Shown: positions 29,353-41,642 of the stretch, one piece after another
Layout of the letters: every line of letters begins with the position of its first letter
Position numbering within the stretch: the stretch's first letter is position 1
Assembly (NCBI GenBank): GCA_035506535.1
Contig: DATJPE010000063.1
Span: 163,903 to 227,902, forward strand
Origin: Actinomycetes bacterium
Lineage (GTDB): Bacteria > Actinomycetota > Actinomycetes > DATJPE01
Length of the DNA stretch: 64,000 nucleotides
Reading direction: 5' to 3'
Position numbers and translations under genes: made by a program
Notes under the pieces: generated by a model
The model's input: the letters and a program-made list of their open reading frames with translations, nothing else
Database searches by the model: none
What the model was told of the DNA's origin: nothing

Positions 29353-30219
29353 TCACGCCTTGACCGGGATCGGCCAGTCGATGCACTCGCAGATCCCCCT
29401 TCCCATGATCCACTCGAGCTCCTCGGGAGTGAACGTGAAGTGCTTGGTGAACTGCTCGATGGTGTCGGTGTAGGTCAACCCGTGGCCCAGCAGTCGAGTG
29501 ATGTCGGTGCCCCAGAAGCAGCGCCGTGCGCCCATCTTGTCGACCATCTCGCGGACGTACTTCTCGATGTTCAGGTTCGGGAAGGGCTGCGTCGAGTAGC
29601 CGGGGATCGCGGAGACCTTCACGTAGATGTTCGGGTGTCCGGCGAGGTCAGCGGTCTCGCTCACCCAGTAGCCGATCGCGTCGTCGACGCAGCGAGCCAT
29701 GATCCCCATGTGGTCGATGATGATCCGCAACCCGGGGTGACGGTCGGCGATGGCGCCGAGCTCGGCCTTCCAGATCGGGGCATGGACCATGGTCGGGATG
29801 CCCAGCTCCTCCGCGACGGGCCAGTACCAGTCGTTGGTCCCGTCGATCATCCAGTTCCGGTCGATCGGGCGGTGGAAGGTCAGCCGGACGCCCTTGACGT
29901 GCGGGTTCTGGGCGAAGTCGTACAGCATCGCGGTGCCCTCGTCCGGCTTGTTCTGCGGGACCCGCGCCATCACGCCGAAGCGGTCCGGGTGGGCCTCACA
30001 CGCCTCGAGGGCGTAGTCGATGCGGTCTCCCTCCCAGGACGGCGGGAGGATCAGCGCGCGGTCGACGCCTGCCTCGTCCATGAGCCGCAGGCACTCCTCG
30101 TAGCTGAACGCCTCCTCGCGGTGCCCGTTGAGGCGGATCCGCTCACGGGCGCCAGGGACCCAGGGACGGTCGGGAGTCTCCTCGCGCCAGATGTGCACCT
30201 GGGAGTCGACGATGAACAC
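29353..30219 (-). CDS. amidohydrolase_2 family protein (ACMSD / LigI-lactonase-like metal-dependent hydrolase)
   Basis: GTG at 30219. The translation contains (M)FIVDSQVHIW...DHMG..., the HxH...H...D metal-ligand pattern of the amidohydrolase superfamily (cog3618-like). Confidence 0.7.
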   Translation of the reverse strand: MFIVDSQVHIWREETPDRPWVPGARERIRLNGHREEAFSYEECLRLMDEAGVDRALILPPSWEGDRIDYALEACEAHPDRFGVMARVPQNKPDEGTAMLYDFAQNPHVKGVRLTFHRPIDRNWMIDGTNDWYWPVAEELGIPTMVHAPIWKAELGAIADRHPGLRIIIDHMGIMARCVDDAIGYWVSETADLAGHPNIYVKVSAIPGYSTQPFPNLNIEKYVREMVDKMGARRCFWGTDITRLLGHGLTYTDTIEQFTKHFTFTPEELEWIMGRGICECIDWPIPVKA

Positions 30220-30222
30220 ACT

Positions 30223-31437
30223 TCACCTTCCAATCGGGGTGGAACACATCTGGTCGACGACGTGCCGCGCGATCGCGAGGCATGCCGTCGCCGCGGGGGA
30301 GGGGGCGTTGCGGACCGCGAGGACGCCGTCCGTCCCGCTGAGGCGGAAGTCATCGACGAGGCTGCCGTCCGGGTCGACGGCCTGGGCACGTACGCCCGCC
30401 GGCGCACGGACGACGTGCTCCGCGCGAAGCCACGGCAGATACGTCCGCGCCTCTGCCAGGAAGGCTCGACGCGACAGGGAGCCGCGCAGCTCGCGGACAC
30501 CCGTCCGCCAGTGCTGGCGCGCCAGCTTTCGCACACCCGGTGTGCGAAGCAGCTCGCGGATCTCGGCAGCGGATACGTCTCGCCGGCGGTACCCCTCGCG
30601 TGACAGCGCGAGCACCGCGTTCGGGCCGATGTCGACCTCGCCGTCGACGCGAGGCGTGACGTGCACGCCGAGGAACGGATAGGCCGGGTCGGGCACCGGG
30701 TAGATGAGATGGCGGACGCGACCGCGCACGTCCGGACGCAGGCGGAGGTACTCCCCGCGGAACGGCACGATCCGCGGGTCGGCCGGGTCGCCCGCCAGGG
30801 CGGCGACCCGGTCGCTCTGCAGGCCGGCGCAGATCACCAGCTGCCGCACCGTCCTGCTCGCGCCGGCCGCCTCGACGAGAACTCCGTCGGAGGTCCGGGT
30901 GATCGCCATCACCTCGGCCTCGGTGAGGACCTCGCCGCCGGCCGCCCGAACGTCCTCGGCGAGGGCACGAGCCACGGCGGGGTAGTCGACGATCGCGGTG
31001 GTCGGGGAGTACAGCGCGGCACGCCCCACGACCCCTGGCTCGCGCTCCGCGATCTGACGCTCCGAGAGCCACTCGAGACCCGGCACGCCGTTCGCCTCGC
31101 CGCGCCGTCGCAGCTCACGCAGTCGTGCGACCTCGGCCTCGTCGCGGGCCACGATCAGCTTCCCGATCTCGTCGTAGGCGATGCCTCGAGTCGCGCAGTA
31201 AGCCTTGAGCTCCGTGGCCCCCTCTCGGCACAGCCGCGCCTTGAGGCTCCCCGGCTCGTAGTAAACCCCCGCGTGGACGACGCCGGAGTTGTGGCCGGTC
31301 TGATGACGGCCGACATCCGGCTCCTTCTCCAGGACCACGACCCGCGAACCCGGACGTGACTCGACGAGCCGAGCCGCGATCCCCAGCCCGACGATGCCCG
31401 CGCCGACCACACCGACGTCGGCCCCCCCGGTCACCAC
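30223..31437 (-). CDS. FAD-dependent oxidoreductase, L-2-hydroxyglutarate oxidase/dehydrogenase (LhgO)-like
   Basis: N-terminal FAD dinucleotide fold (DVGVVGAGIVGLGIAARL); about 404 aa; DAO-family architecture. Confidence 0.65.
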   Translation of the reverse strand: MVTGGADVGVVGAGIVGLGIAARLVESRPGSRVVVLEKEPDVGRHQTGHNSGVVHAGVYYEPGSLKARLCREGATELKAYCATRGIAYDEIGKLIVARDEAEVARLRELRRRGEANGVPGLEWLSERQIAEREPGVVGRAALYSPTTAIVDYPAVARALAEDVRAAGGEVLTEAEVMAITRTSDGVLVEAAGASRTVRQLVICAGLQSDRVAALAGDPADPRIVPFRGEYLRLRPDVRGRVRHLIYPVPDPAYPFLGVHVTPRVDGEVDIGPNAVLALSREGYRRRDVSAAEIRELLRTPGVRKLARQHWRTGVRELRGSLSRRAFLAEARTYLPWLRAEHVVRAPAGVRAQAVDPDGSLVDDFRLSGTDGVLAVRNAPSPAATACLAIARHVVDQMCSTPIGR

Positions 31438-32904
31438 TCGTGCCTCACCGCCGCCGTCTTCAGGCGGGTGTAGAAGCGCAGCCCGCTCGTGCCCTGCTCC
31501 TTGAACGGCGACCCCGAGTCGCGGAACCCGCCGAAGGGGTGGTGGACGTCCCAGCCGGCCGTAGGCAGGTTGACCGCAACCTGCCCCACGTCGACCCGCT
31601 CGACGAACGACGCCGATGCGGTGAGGCTTGTCGTGAACACGGCGGCCGCGAGGCCGTACGCCGAGTCGTTGACCAGGGCCACTGCCTCGTCCAGACCGTG
31701 GCAGGTAGCGACGGCGAGCACTGGGCCGAAGACCTCCTCGCGCCAGAGCCGCATGTCGGGCGTCACCCCGTCGACCACGGTCGGCTCGACGAAACAGCCA
31801 TGAGCCAGGAGCTCGTCAGTGGGGGTCCGGCCGCCGTGGACGACGCGCGCGCCGGCGTCGCGGGCGGTCACGACATGCTCCAGCGCGGTCCTCTGCTGAG
31901 CCTTGCTGACCACCGGACCCATCGTCGTGCGCGGGTCTCGGCCCGGCCCGACGACGATGCGCGAGACCCGGTCGAGGAGCAGTTCCATGAACGCGTCGGC
32001 GACCGAGGCGTCGACGACCAAGCGGCTCGTCGCGGTGCAGCGCTGCCCACTCTGCGCGAACGCGGCCGACGTGACGACGCTCGCCGCCAGCTCGAGGTCG
32101 GCGTCGGCGAGGACCACGGAGGCGTTCTTGCCGCCGGTCTCCGACTGCAGCCGTACGCCGGTGCCGGCGAGCCGGCCCTCGAGCAGCCGCCCGACCGGCG
32201 TCGATCCGGTGAAGGTCACCGCGGCCACCCGGGGATCGAGGAGCAGGGCGTCGGACAGGACACGGCTGCTGCCGGTGACGGTCCCCAGGACGCCGGGGGG
32301 CAGGCCCGCGTCGCGCAGCACCTGCGCAAGGCGCAGCGTGATGAGTGGCGACTCCTCCGACGGCTTGATCACGACGGCGTTGCCCGCCGCCAACGCGGGT
32401 GCGAGCTTGCGCGCCGGCGTCAGCAGCGGGTCGTTCCACGGCGTGATCGCCAGGACGACGCCAACCGGCTCAACGCGGACCTCCGTACGCGTGCCGGGGC
32501 GCGCGTCCGCCAGCAGCTCGCCCTGGGGCAGGCGCGCGAGCGATGCGTAGAAGTCGAAGAAGTCGGCCGTCTTCGCGACCTCGACCCCGGCCTCTGCGAG
32601 GGTCTTGCCCATCTCGCTCACGATCAGCCCGGCGAGGTCCTGCTGGTCGCGTCGCAGCAGGTGCGCCGCACGCTGCAGGACAGTGGCTCGGTCGAGCGGA
32701 CCGGTCGCTCGCCAGACCTCGAGCCCGGCCGCGGCCGCCTGGTACGCCGCACCGACGTCCTCGGGGGTCATCGAAGGGACTCGGCCGACGACGATCCGCA
32801 GATCCGCGGGGTCCCTGACCTCCAGCGGGTCGCCCCCGGAGCCCTGCACCCACGCGTCAGCGAGCAAGTTGCCGAACACCGGCGCTTCAGCGGAGGTCGA
32901 CACT
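31431..32904 (-). CDS. NAD(P)+-dependent aldehyde dehydrogenase
   Basis: GTG at 32904 is preceded by GGAGGAG. ALDH motifs are present (catalytic Cys in SGQRCTATSRL; ETGGKN). Confidence 0.85.
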
Positions 32905-33106
32905 CGGCTCCTCCTTCGCGCGTCCGGGCTCCGACGATTCGTCGCCGACCGGGCCGATGCTAGGTGGGAGGTCGGCCCCCGACATCCGCGAAAGCCGCAA
33001 CCTTTGGTGTACGTCCGACCGCGCCGACGACGCGCCGCCCGGGCACCCACGAAGGGCGTGAGCGACCACACTGTGGTGCCTGCCATAGCAAGGCGAGGAG
33101 GTCGCG

Positions 33107-33415
33107 GTGGCGTTCACGGTGGTCGCGCAGTACCGGGTGGTGCCGGAGGAGGTCCAGACGGTCCACGAAGCGCTGCGGCAGATGCTCGAACCGACGAGGG
33201 CGGAGCCGGGCTGCCGGTCCTACCAGGTCTACGTCGACCCCTCCGACGAGCTGCGCGTGGTGCTCGTCGAGACCTACGCCGACGAGGCGGCGTTCCAGGC
33301 GCACCTGGCATCCCCTCACTTCGAACGCTGGCTGCGCGGCACGGTCCTGCCCCGGCTCACCGAGCGCACGCGTTGGGACCTGATCCCGCTCGATACCTCG
33401 GACGGCGAAGCCTAA
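33107..33415 (+). CDS. antibiotic-biosynthesis-monooxygenase (ABM) family protein
   Basis: GTG start; 102 aa. The translation (YQVYVDPSDELRVVLVETYADEAAFQAHLASPHF) matches the ABM ferredoxin-like fold. Confidence 0.7.
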   Translation: MAFTVVAQYRVVPEEVQTVHEALRQMLEPTRAEPGCRSYQVYVDPSDELRVVLVETYADEAAFQAHLASPHFERWLRGTVLPRLTERTRWDLIPLDTSDGEA

Positions 33416-33510
33416 GGATTCGAAGCCCGTCATCCGCGCACCGTCGACGTGGGGCGTCGGCGCACTACGGTCACGCACGTCCGTCCGGCTGTGGTCGGAC
33501 CTGACCGACC

Positions 33511-34620
33511 TTGGGGGTTGGCGTGCCGCTTCGAACCGAGCACGTCGGCAGCCTGCTCCGACCGGCGTCCCTCATCGAGGCCCGGCACCGCTTCGCCGAC
33601 GGCGCCATCGGACGGGAGGAGCTGACCGCCGCCGAGGACAGCGCGATCGTCGAGGCTCTGCGTGCCCAGGAGCAGACGGGGATCGACGTCGTCACGGACG
33701 GGGAGTTTCGCCGCGAGGAGTTCCGAGCCGGGTTCGCGGCCGCCGTGTCCGGCCTCGAGGAGGAGGAGTTCGACCTGCCGTGGCGGGGCCCCGAGGGGCG
33801 GGTCATGCTGCGTTCGCGGCGTTGGCGCGTCGTCGGGAACGTCACCCGCGTCGAGGACATCGCGCTGGGCGAGGCCGGCTTCCTCGCGGAGCACACCGGG
33901 CGGCCGTACAAGATCACCCTGCCGTCGCCGGCCTTCCTGGCCGACCGCTTCGTCATCGAGGGCGGGCCCTATGCCACGACCGCCGACCTGGCCCAAGCCT
34001 TCCAGGCGATCATGGCCGATGAGATCAGCCGGCTGGTGTCTGCCGGGGTCTCCTACGTGCAGATCGACAACCCGGGCTACGGGGTGTTCCTGGACGCGGA
34101 TGCCCGCGCTCGCATGGCCGCGGGGGGACGCGATCCGCAGGCCGCCTTCCGCGCCATGCTCGCCGCCGACACGGCGCTGCTCTCCTCCATCCCACGCGAC
34201 GAGGCGACCACGGTCGCGCTGCACGTCTGCCGGGGGAACAACGCGAGCCACTGGATGAACGAGGGCGGCTACGACCCCGTCGCCGAGGAGTTGTTCGCCA
34301 CCTTGCCCGTGGACCGGCTGCTCCTCGAGTTCGACGACGAGCGCTCAGGCGGATTCTCCTGCCTGGCCCACGTCCCCAAGGGCCGCGTCGCCGTCCTCGG
34401 GCTCATCAGCACGAAGGTCGCGGAGGTGGAGTCCCCCGAGCGGCTGATGCGGCGGCTGGACGACGCGGCCGCGTCCATCGATCCCGACCAGCTGGCGATC
34501 AGCCCGCAGTGCGGCTTCGCCACCCACGCCGAGGGCGCCAACCTCCTCTCTGTCGAGCAGCAGTACGCCAAGCTCGCCGTGGCGGCCGAGACGGCTCGGC
34601 GGTGGTTCGCCGACGGGTAG
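33511..34620 (+). CDS. cobalamin-independent methionine synthase (MetE) C-terminal-domain-like protein, second paralogue
   Basis: TTG at 33511, or alternatively GTG at 33523. It belongs to the same MetE-like family as 14177..15262 and carries a conserved C-terminal Cys (ISPQCGFATH). Confidence 0.7.
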   Translation: MGVGVPLRTEHVGSLLRPASLIEARHRFADGAIGREELTAAEDSAIVEALRAQEQTGIDVVTDGEFRREEFRAGFAAAVSGLEEEEFDLPWRGPEGRVMLRSRRWRVVGNVTRVEDIALGEAGFLAEHTGRPYKITLPSPAFLADRFVIEGGPYATTADLAQAFQAIMADEISRLVSAGVSYVQIDNPGYGVFLDADARARMAAGGRDPQAAFRAMLAADTALLSSIPRDEATTVALHVCRGNNASHWMNEGGYDPVAEELFATLPVDRLLLEFDDERSGGFSCLAHVPKGRVAVLGLISTKVAEVESPERLMRRLDDAAASIDPDQLAISPQCGFATHAEGANLLSVEQQYAKLAVAAETARRWFADG

Positions 34621-34657
34621 CCCGCTCGCGCGGCCGGGACGGGCGCCGCGGGCTACA

Positions 34658-34674
34658 TTGGCTCGAAGAGCCAA
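34658..34674 (+). promoter_or_regulatory. perfect palindrome TTGGCTCGAAGAGCCAA (T-N11-A LysR-box-like) immediately upstream of the LysR gene start
   Basis: 7-bp arms with a 3-nt spacer, read directly from the sequence. It lies 10 nt upstream of the GTG at 34684 and 38 nt downstream of the MetE-like stop. Confidence 0.35.
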
Positions 34675-34683
34675 GGGAGTTCG

Positions 34684-35646
34684 GTGACACCCAGCCAGTT
34701 GCGCGCGTACTCGGCGGTCGCCAGGCACGGCTCGGTCAAGGAGGCTGCGGCCGAGCTCGGCGTGACCGAGGCAGCCGTCTCGCTGCACGTCGGCCAGCTG
34801 CGCCGCGAGTTCTCCGACCCACTGTTCGCGCGTACCGCGTCGGGACTCGCGTTCACGCCGGGTGGCCTGCGACTCGCGAGCCGCGCCGCGGAGATGCTCG
34901 GGCTGCAGGACCAGACGATCCGCGAGGTCAACCAGGCCGGCATGGGCCGGCGCCTGCTCCGGGTCGCAGCCACGAGCCTGTTCGCCGAGCACTCCGCTCC
35001 CGGACTCATCGAGCTGTTCGTCCGACGCGCTGCCGACATCGACGTGGAGCTCAGCGTGCGCAGCCCCACCTCCTTCGCCGCCCTGCTCGGCTCGCGCGCC
35101 GTCGACGTCGCGATCGGACCCGAGGTGGTCGGACCCGCGAGCGGGCTGGTGTCGAGGCCGTTCCTGCACTACCAGGTGGTCGCCGTCGTCGGTGCCGGGC
35201 ACCCGCTCGCGGGCGCGGGGGAGGAGGTTCCCTCGCCCGCGCTGCGCGACCAGGTGTGGCTGCTCGGCCCGTCCGCGGTCACCCCGGAGGGCGCCGTTCC
35301 CCGCCTGCTGCGCACGCTCAACGTGCCCGAGACGCGGCAGCGGATCTTCCAGAGCCACGCAGCGGCGCTCGAGGAGGCCAAACGCGGAACGGGGGTGGCG
35401 CTGGCTCTCTCCTTCGCGGTCTCGGGGGACGTCGCGAACGGGCGCCTCGTGCTCCTTCGCTGCCCGGAGCTGCCCGCCGAGGGCGTCTGGTCGACGACGA
35501 CGCTGCCCGACCACTCGGTCGTCCCCGCCGCTTCCGAGCTGACGAGGTTCGTCTCCACCCCACGGGCCATCCAGGCCATGCTCGCCGGGACCGGGGTCAA
35601 CGTCGGCCACTTCCGTCCGTCGATCCACGTCACGCTCTGGCAGTGA
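34684..35646 (+). CDS. LysR family transcriptional regulator
   Basis: GTG at 34684 with an AAGGGAG RBS. The wHTH is QLRAYSAVARHGSVKEAAAELGVTEAAVSLHVGQLRREF. Confidence 0.8.
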   Translation: MTPSQLRAYSAVARHGSVKEAAAELGVTEAAVSLHVGQLRREFSDPLFARTASGLAFTPGGLRLASRAAEMLGLQDQTIREVNQAGMGRRLLRVAATSLFAEHSAPGLIELFVRRAADIDVELSVRSPTSFAALLGSRAVDVAIGPEVVGPASGLVSRPFLHYQVVAVVGAGHPLAGAGEEVPSPALRDQVWLLGPSAVTPEGAVPRLLRTLNVPETRQRIFQSHAAALEEAKRGTGVALALSFAVSGDVANGRLVLLRCPELPAEGVWSTTTLPDHSVVPAASELTRFVSTPRAIQAMLAGTGVNVGHFRPSIHVTLWQ

Positions 35647-36853
35647 CCGACCCGGTTGGGGGCGCTCGCCCATCCGAGACGACCGCGATGGCGTCGACCA
35701 GGGCTCTCAGGGTGTGGGCAGGGAGCAACCGGTCGCAGTACGGCAGGGCCGCGGCCATCGCACCGACGCGAGGCTCGAAGCCCTCGGCACCGGCGCGGGG
35801 GTTCAGCCAGAACACGCGGTACGCCCTTCGTCGCAGCCGCGCCATCACCCGGTCCAGCTGCTCGGGCGGGTCGCTGTCCCACCCGTCGGAGGCGATCACG
35901 ACGACCGCTCCCCTGAGCAGGTCGCCGTGACGCGACCGCAGCAAGGTGGTCAGGTTGCTCGCGATGCGAGTGCCCCCGAACCGGTCGGTCACCACGGCGC
36001 CGGCTCTCTCGAGCGCCACGTCGACCGACCGGTGGGCCAGCACCGGGGTCAGCCGCGAGAGCTCGGTGGCAAAGGCGAACACCTCGGCGTCGCTCGCCTG
36101 GACGGCTGCTCGCATGAGGTGCAGGTAGGACGTCGCATAGGCCTCCATCGACCGGCTCACGTCGCAGACGAGCACGAGGCGCCGGGGTCGTCGACGGTGC
36201 GCCGAGCGCACCAGCACAGCCGGCTCCCACCCCGTCCGCCTGGCTCGCCCGAGCGTGCGGCGTAGGTCGACGTACGGTCCGCCGGTCCGTGGCTCGAGCC
36301 GACGGCTCCGCCTCGTCGGCCAGCGGGAGAAGGCTTGTTCCAGCCACTCGCCCAAGCGCGCCAGGTCGGCGGGGTCGAGGGCGTCGAAGGGTTGGTCGGC
36401 GATCGCCGAGAGCTCGCTGGGCAGCCGCTGCGGCAGCGCAACCCCCTCGTCCTCGGCCTCGACCGCCGTCTGGAGGGCCGGCAGCGTGGCCCACGGCAGG
36501 GCGCTGCCCTGCTCGGGGCCGCCGTCGGTCCCGCGCACCGGGGCGAGTCGTTCGTCGTCCGCCGCCGCGCTCGGCGCGCCACGGGCGCTCGACCCGGGCC
36601 GGCCGACGTCGAGCTCGACAGCCTCGAAGACCAGCCGATAGAGCTCGTCCCAGATCGGGATCTCGCAGGCCCGGTGCACCAGGCACAGCCGGCCGACCCA
36701 GTAGACGTCGAGCGGCTCCTCGAGAGGGGAGCGCTCCAGCGCCGCGGCGAACACCGCGGCGTCGCCCGTGGTCGCGCTCGCCCCGCGGCGGCGCAGGCGG
36801 TCGGTGAGCCCGATCGCGAACGAGGCCCGGTCGACGCCGGAGAGGACGCTCAC
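35630..36853 (-). CDS. coxE: VWA-domain protein, CoxE family (CO dehydrogenase accessory)
   Basis: A C-terminal VWA domain with a MIDAS motif (LVCDVSRSM) is present. The gene sits in the cox accessory position, and its GTG start overlaps the coxD stop (GTGA). Confidence 0.8.
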   Translation of the reverse strand: MSVLSGVDRASFAIGLTDRLRRRGASATTGDAAVFAAALERSPLEEPLDVYWVGRLCLVHRACEIPIWDELYRLVFEAVELDVGRPGSSARGAPSAAADDERLAPVRGTDGGPEQGSALPWATLPALQTAVEAEDEGVALPQRLPSELSAIADQPFDALDPADLARLGEWLEQAFSRWPTRRSRRLEPRTGGPYVDLRRTLGRARRTGWEPAVLVRSAHRRRPRRLVLVCDVSRSMEAYATSYLHLMRAAVQASDAEVFAFATELSRLTPVLAHRSVDVALERAGAVVTDRFGGTRIASNLTTLLRSRHGDLLRGAVVVIASDGWDSDPPEQLDRVMARLRRRAYRVFWLNPRAGAEGFEPRVGAMAAALPYCDRLLPAHTLRALVDAIAVVSDGRAPPTGSVTARA

Positions 36854-37747
36854 CGGCCCGCGTTCTCCTCAGCGTTGAGGTCGTCCAGCGCGGCCGTGAT
36901 CGCGGCTCGGTCGTCAGGGGTCTTGGCCAGCGTGCCCAGGGTGTCGACGACGTCCTCGCGCACGAGCTCGGAGACACCGAGTGCCGCCAGGGCCCCCAGC
37001 CAGTCGATGGTCTCTGCCATCCCCGGTGCCTTGTCGAGTTCCAGTGAGCGGACCCGCCCCACGAACTGCGCCGCGTCTCGGATCAGGGGTTCGGCGGCCC
37101 CGGGGACCGTGCGTCGGAGGATCTCCACCGCGCGTGCCGGTTCGGGGAACTCGATCCAGTGGTACAGACAGCGGCGGCGCAGCGCGTCGTGCAGCTCGCG
37201 GCTGCGGTTGGAGGTCAGGACGACGTACGGCGGGCGGGCGGCGGTGAACGTCCCCAGCTCCGGGACGGTCACCGCCGCCTCGCCGAGGAACTCGAACAGC
37301 AGGGCCTCGAACTCGTCGTCGGCCCGGTCGACCTCGTCGATCAGCAGGACCGGCGGCAGGGCGCCGGCGTCTCGGATGGCCTGCAGGATCGGCCGCTCCT
37401 GGAGGAACTCCTCGACGAACAGGTCCGAGCCGTGCGGAGTCTCCGCGCGTGCCTCGGCGATGCGGATGGCCAGCAGCTGACGCTGGTAGTTCCACTCGTA
37501 CAGCGCCTCGGCGACGGTGAGGCCCTCATAGCACTGCAACCGGATGAAGCGCGTGCCCAGGGCGCTGGCGAGCGCCTTGGCGGCGGCCGTCTTGCCGACG
37601 CCTGGCTCACCCTCGAGCAGCAGCGGCCTGCCCAGTCGCAGGGCGAGGAAGATCGCGGTCGCCAGGCCGCGGTCGACGAGGTAGTCGACCGCGTCGAGGC
37701 GGCGTTGGACGTCGGCCGCGTCGACGGGCAGGGGTGCGGTGGCGATG
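36850..37747 (-). CDS. coxD: MoxR-family AAA+ ATPase, CoxD-like (CO dehydrogenase accessory); start codon uncertain
   Basis: Walker A GEPGVGKT and Walker B LLIDEVDRA are present. The N-terminus PLPVDAADVQRRLDAVDYLVDRGLATAIFLALRLGRPLLLEG aligns with CoxD. No in-frame ATG/GTG/TTG exists near the expected start; I placed the 5' end at the ATC at 37747. Confidence 0.65.
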
Positions 37748-37759
37748 GGGGCTCTCCCG

Positions 37760-38344
37760 TCACTGGGTGGACAGCAGTCTCGCGTAGTCGTCCCACGTGT
37801 CCACGTCGAGGGGCACGGGGGAGTCCACGTCCTGCTCGACGACGCGGTGTCGACCGGACTCGAGCAGCCGCCACACGCCCTTGTCGCCATGCAGCTCGGC
37901 GAGGTCGCCGAAGACCTCACGGGCCAGCCACAGGGGGTGGCCGCGGCCGTCGACGTAGCGGCACACACCCATCGGCGCCGAGGCGGCGAACACACGCTCC
38001 AGCAGCTCGAGCACGACGGAGGCCCGCACCCCTGGCTGGTCCCCGAGCAGCAGCACGAGCCCGTCGGCCCGGTCGTCCACCACGGGCAGCGCCGCGCGCA
38101 CCGAGGACGCGCACCCGGTGCGGTGGTCGGGGTTGTCCACCACGACCAGGCCCGAGAGGTCGACGCCGCCCCGGACGAGCGGCGCGTCTCCGCCGAGCGC
38201 GACGACCAGCTGGTCGAACTCGCAGGCCCGAGCCGTGGCGAGAGTGGTCCCCAGCACGGTGCCCCCACGGTAGGGGAGCAGCTGCTTGGGGGCGCCGAGT
38301 CGGCTCGACGACCCGGCGGCGAGCACCAGCCCCGTGACGAACAC
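37760..38344 (-). CDS. MocA-like nucleotidyltransferase (molybdenum cofactor cytidylyltransferase family)
   Basis: GTG at 38344. GLVLAAGSSSRLGAPKQLL is the NTP_transf_3 signature, and the C-terminus DVDTWDDYARL matches MocA-type proteins. Confidence 0.75.
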   Translation of the reverse strand: MFVTGLVLAAGSSSRLGAPKQLLPYRGGTVLGTTLATARACEFDQLVVALGGDAPLVRGGVDLSGLVVVDNPDHRTGCASSVRAALPVVDDRADGLVLLLGDQPGVRASVVLELLERVFAASAPMGVCRYVDGRGHPLWLAREVFGDLAELHGDKGVWRLLESGRHRVVEQDVDSPVPLDVDTWDDYARLLSTQ

Positions 38345-38346
38345 GC

Positions 38347-39251
38347 TCAGGCCAGGCCGACCTGCGCGGCGTACCGGTCGCGGCAGGAGCGGCCGCAGAA
38401 CCAGTGCTCGACGCCGCCGACCACCAGGCTGGGGGTGTCCGGGCCGATGAGCACCGTCATGCCGCAGATCGGGTCCGTGGTGGTCGTCGGCACGGCCTGC
38501 TCGTGGCCGGTGGGCGTCACGCCTCCGGCCCGCCTGGCCTGGACGACGGCGGCGAGGATCGACAACGCGATCTCCGCTGGGGTCCGAGCCCCGATGGGCA
38601 CGCCCACGGGTGAGTGGACGAGCGCACGTTCCTCCTCGGCGAGGCCCATCGCGTCGAGGACCGCGCCGCCGCGCTTTCGGCTGGCGACCAGTCCCACGAA
38701 CCCGACGCCCGCATCGAGCGCCGCGCGGACGGCCATGGCCTCGTCGTGGCCGTGAGTGGAGATGACGACGGCCACAGTTCCGCCGCGTGGCGACGCTCCC
38801 GCCGCCGCTCTCGCCACGTCGAACCCCAGGACCTCCGCCAAGGCGACCACGGCCTGCGCGATGGGTGTGTCCCCGACCACCTGCAGCACGTCGGCGGGCG
38901 GCCTCGGTTCGAGGAAGATCTCCAAGGCGCCTCCCGACAGGCACGGGTTCACCACGACGTGCGCCCCCGGGGTCCGCGGGAAGGCGCCGAGGTCGTCGGG
39001 GAGGACCCGCAGGAGGACTGGCTCCCCCGACCTGAGCGAGTCGACCGCGGCGACCCGGACCGACTCCTCCGCGCACTCCCCGCCGACGAAGCCCTCGATG
39101 GTGCCGTCCGACAACACGATCGCCCGGTCACCGGCCCGGGTGGCCGTGGGCGCCTGTGCCCGGACGACGGTCGCGAGGACGTACGGCGTGCGGCTGCGGA
39201 CCAGCTCGCCGACCCGACGGGCCAGGCGTTCGTCGATCTGCTTCTCGAGGC

Positions 39252-39255
<4 letters not shown>
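38347..39255 (-). CDS. XdhC/CoxF/CoxI-family Mo-enzyme maturation factor fused to a C-terminal YHS (putative Cu-binding) domain
   Basis: The GTG at 39255 overlaps the coxL stop (GTGA). The XdhC N-domain (TPYVLATVVRAQAP...GFVGGECAE) and Rossmann part (TVAVVISTHGHDEAMAV) are followed by DPICGMTVLIGPDTPSLVVGGVEHWFCGRSCRDRY, which matches the YHS consensus DPVCGM.V...Y.FCS..C...F. Confidence 0.75.

Positions 39256-41638
<2,383 letters not shown>

Positions 41639-41642
<4 letters not shown>

Noticed and set aside
33400-33430. tRNA-like T-loop resemblance (ggattcgaagcc)
   Set aside because: There is no acceptor stem or anticodon arm context. I found no tRNA, rRNA or other structured RNA gene by eye in the window.
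36850-38268. 472-aa ORF upstream of the CoxD region
   Set aside because: Its N-terminal 300 aa are Cys/Ser/Thr/Pro-rich junk that overlaps the genuine MocA-like gene in another frame. Only the MoxR portion is real.
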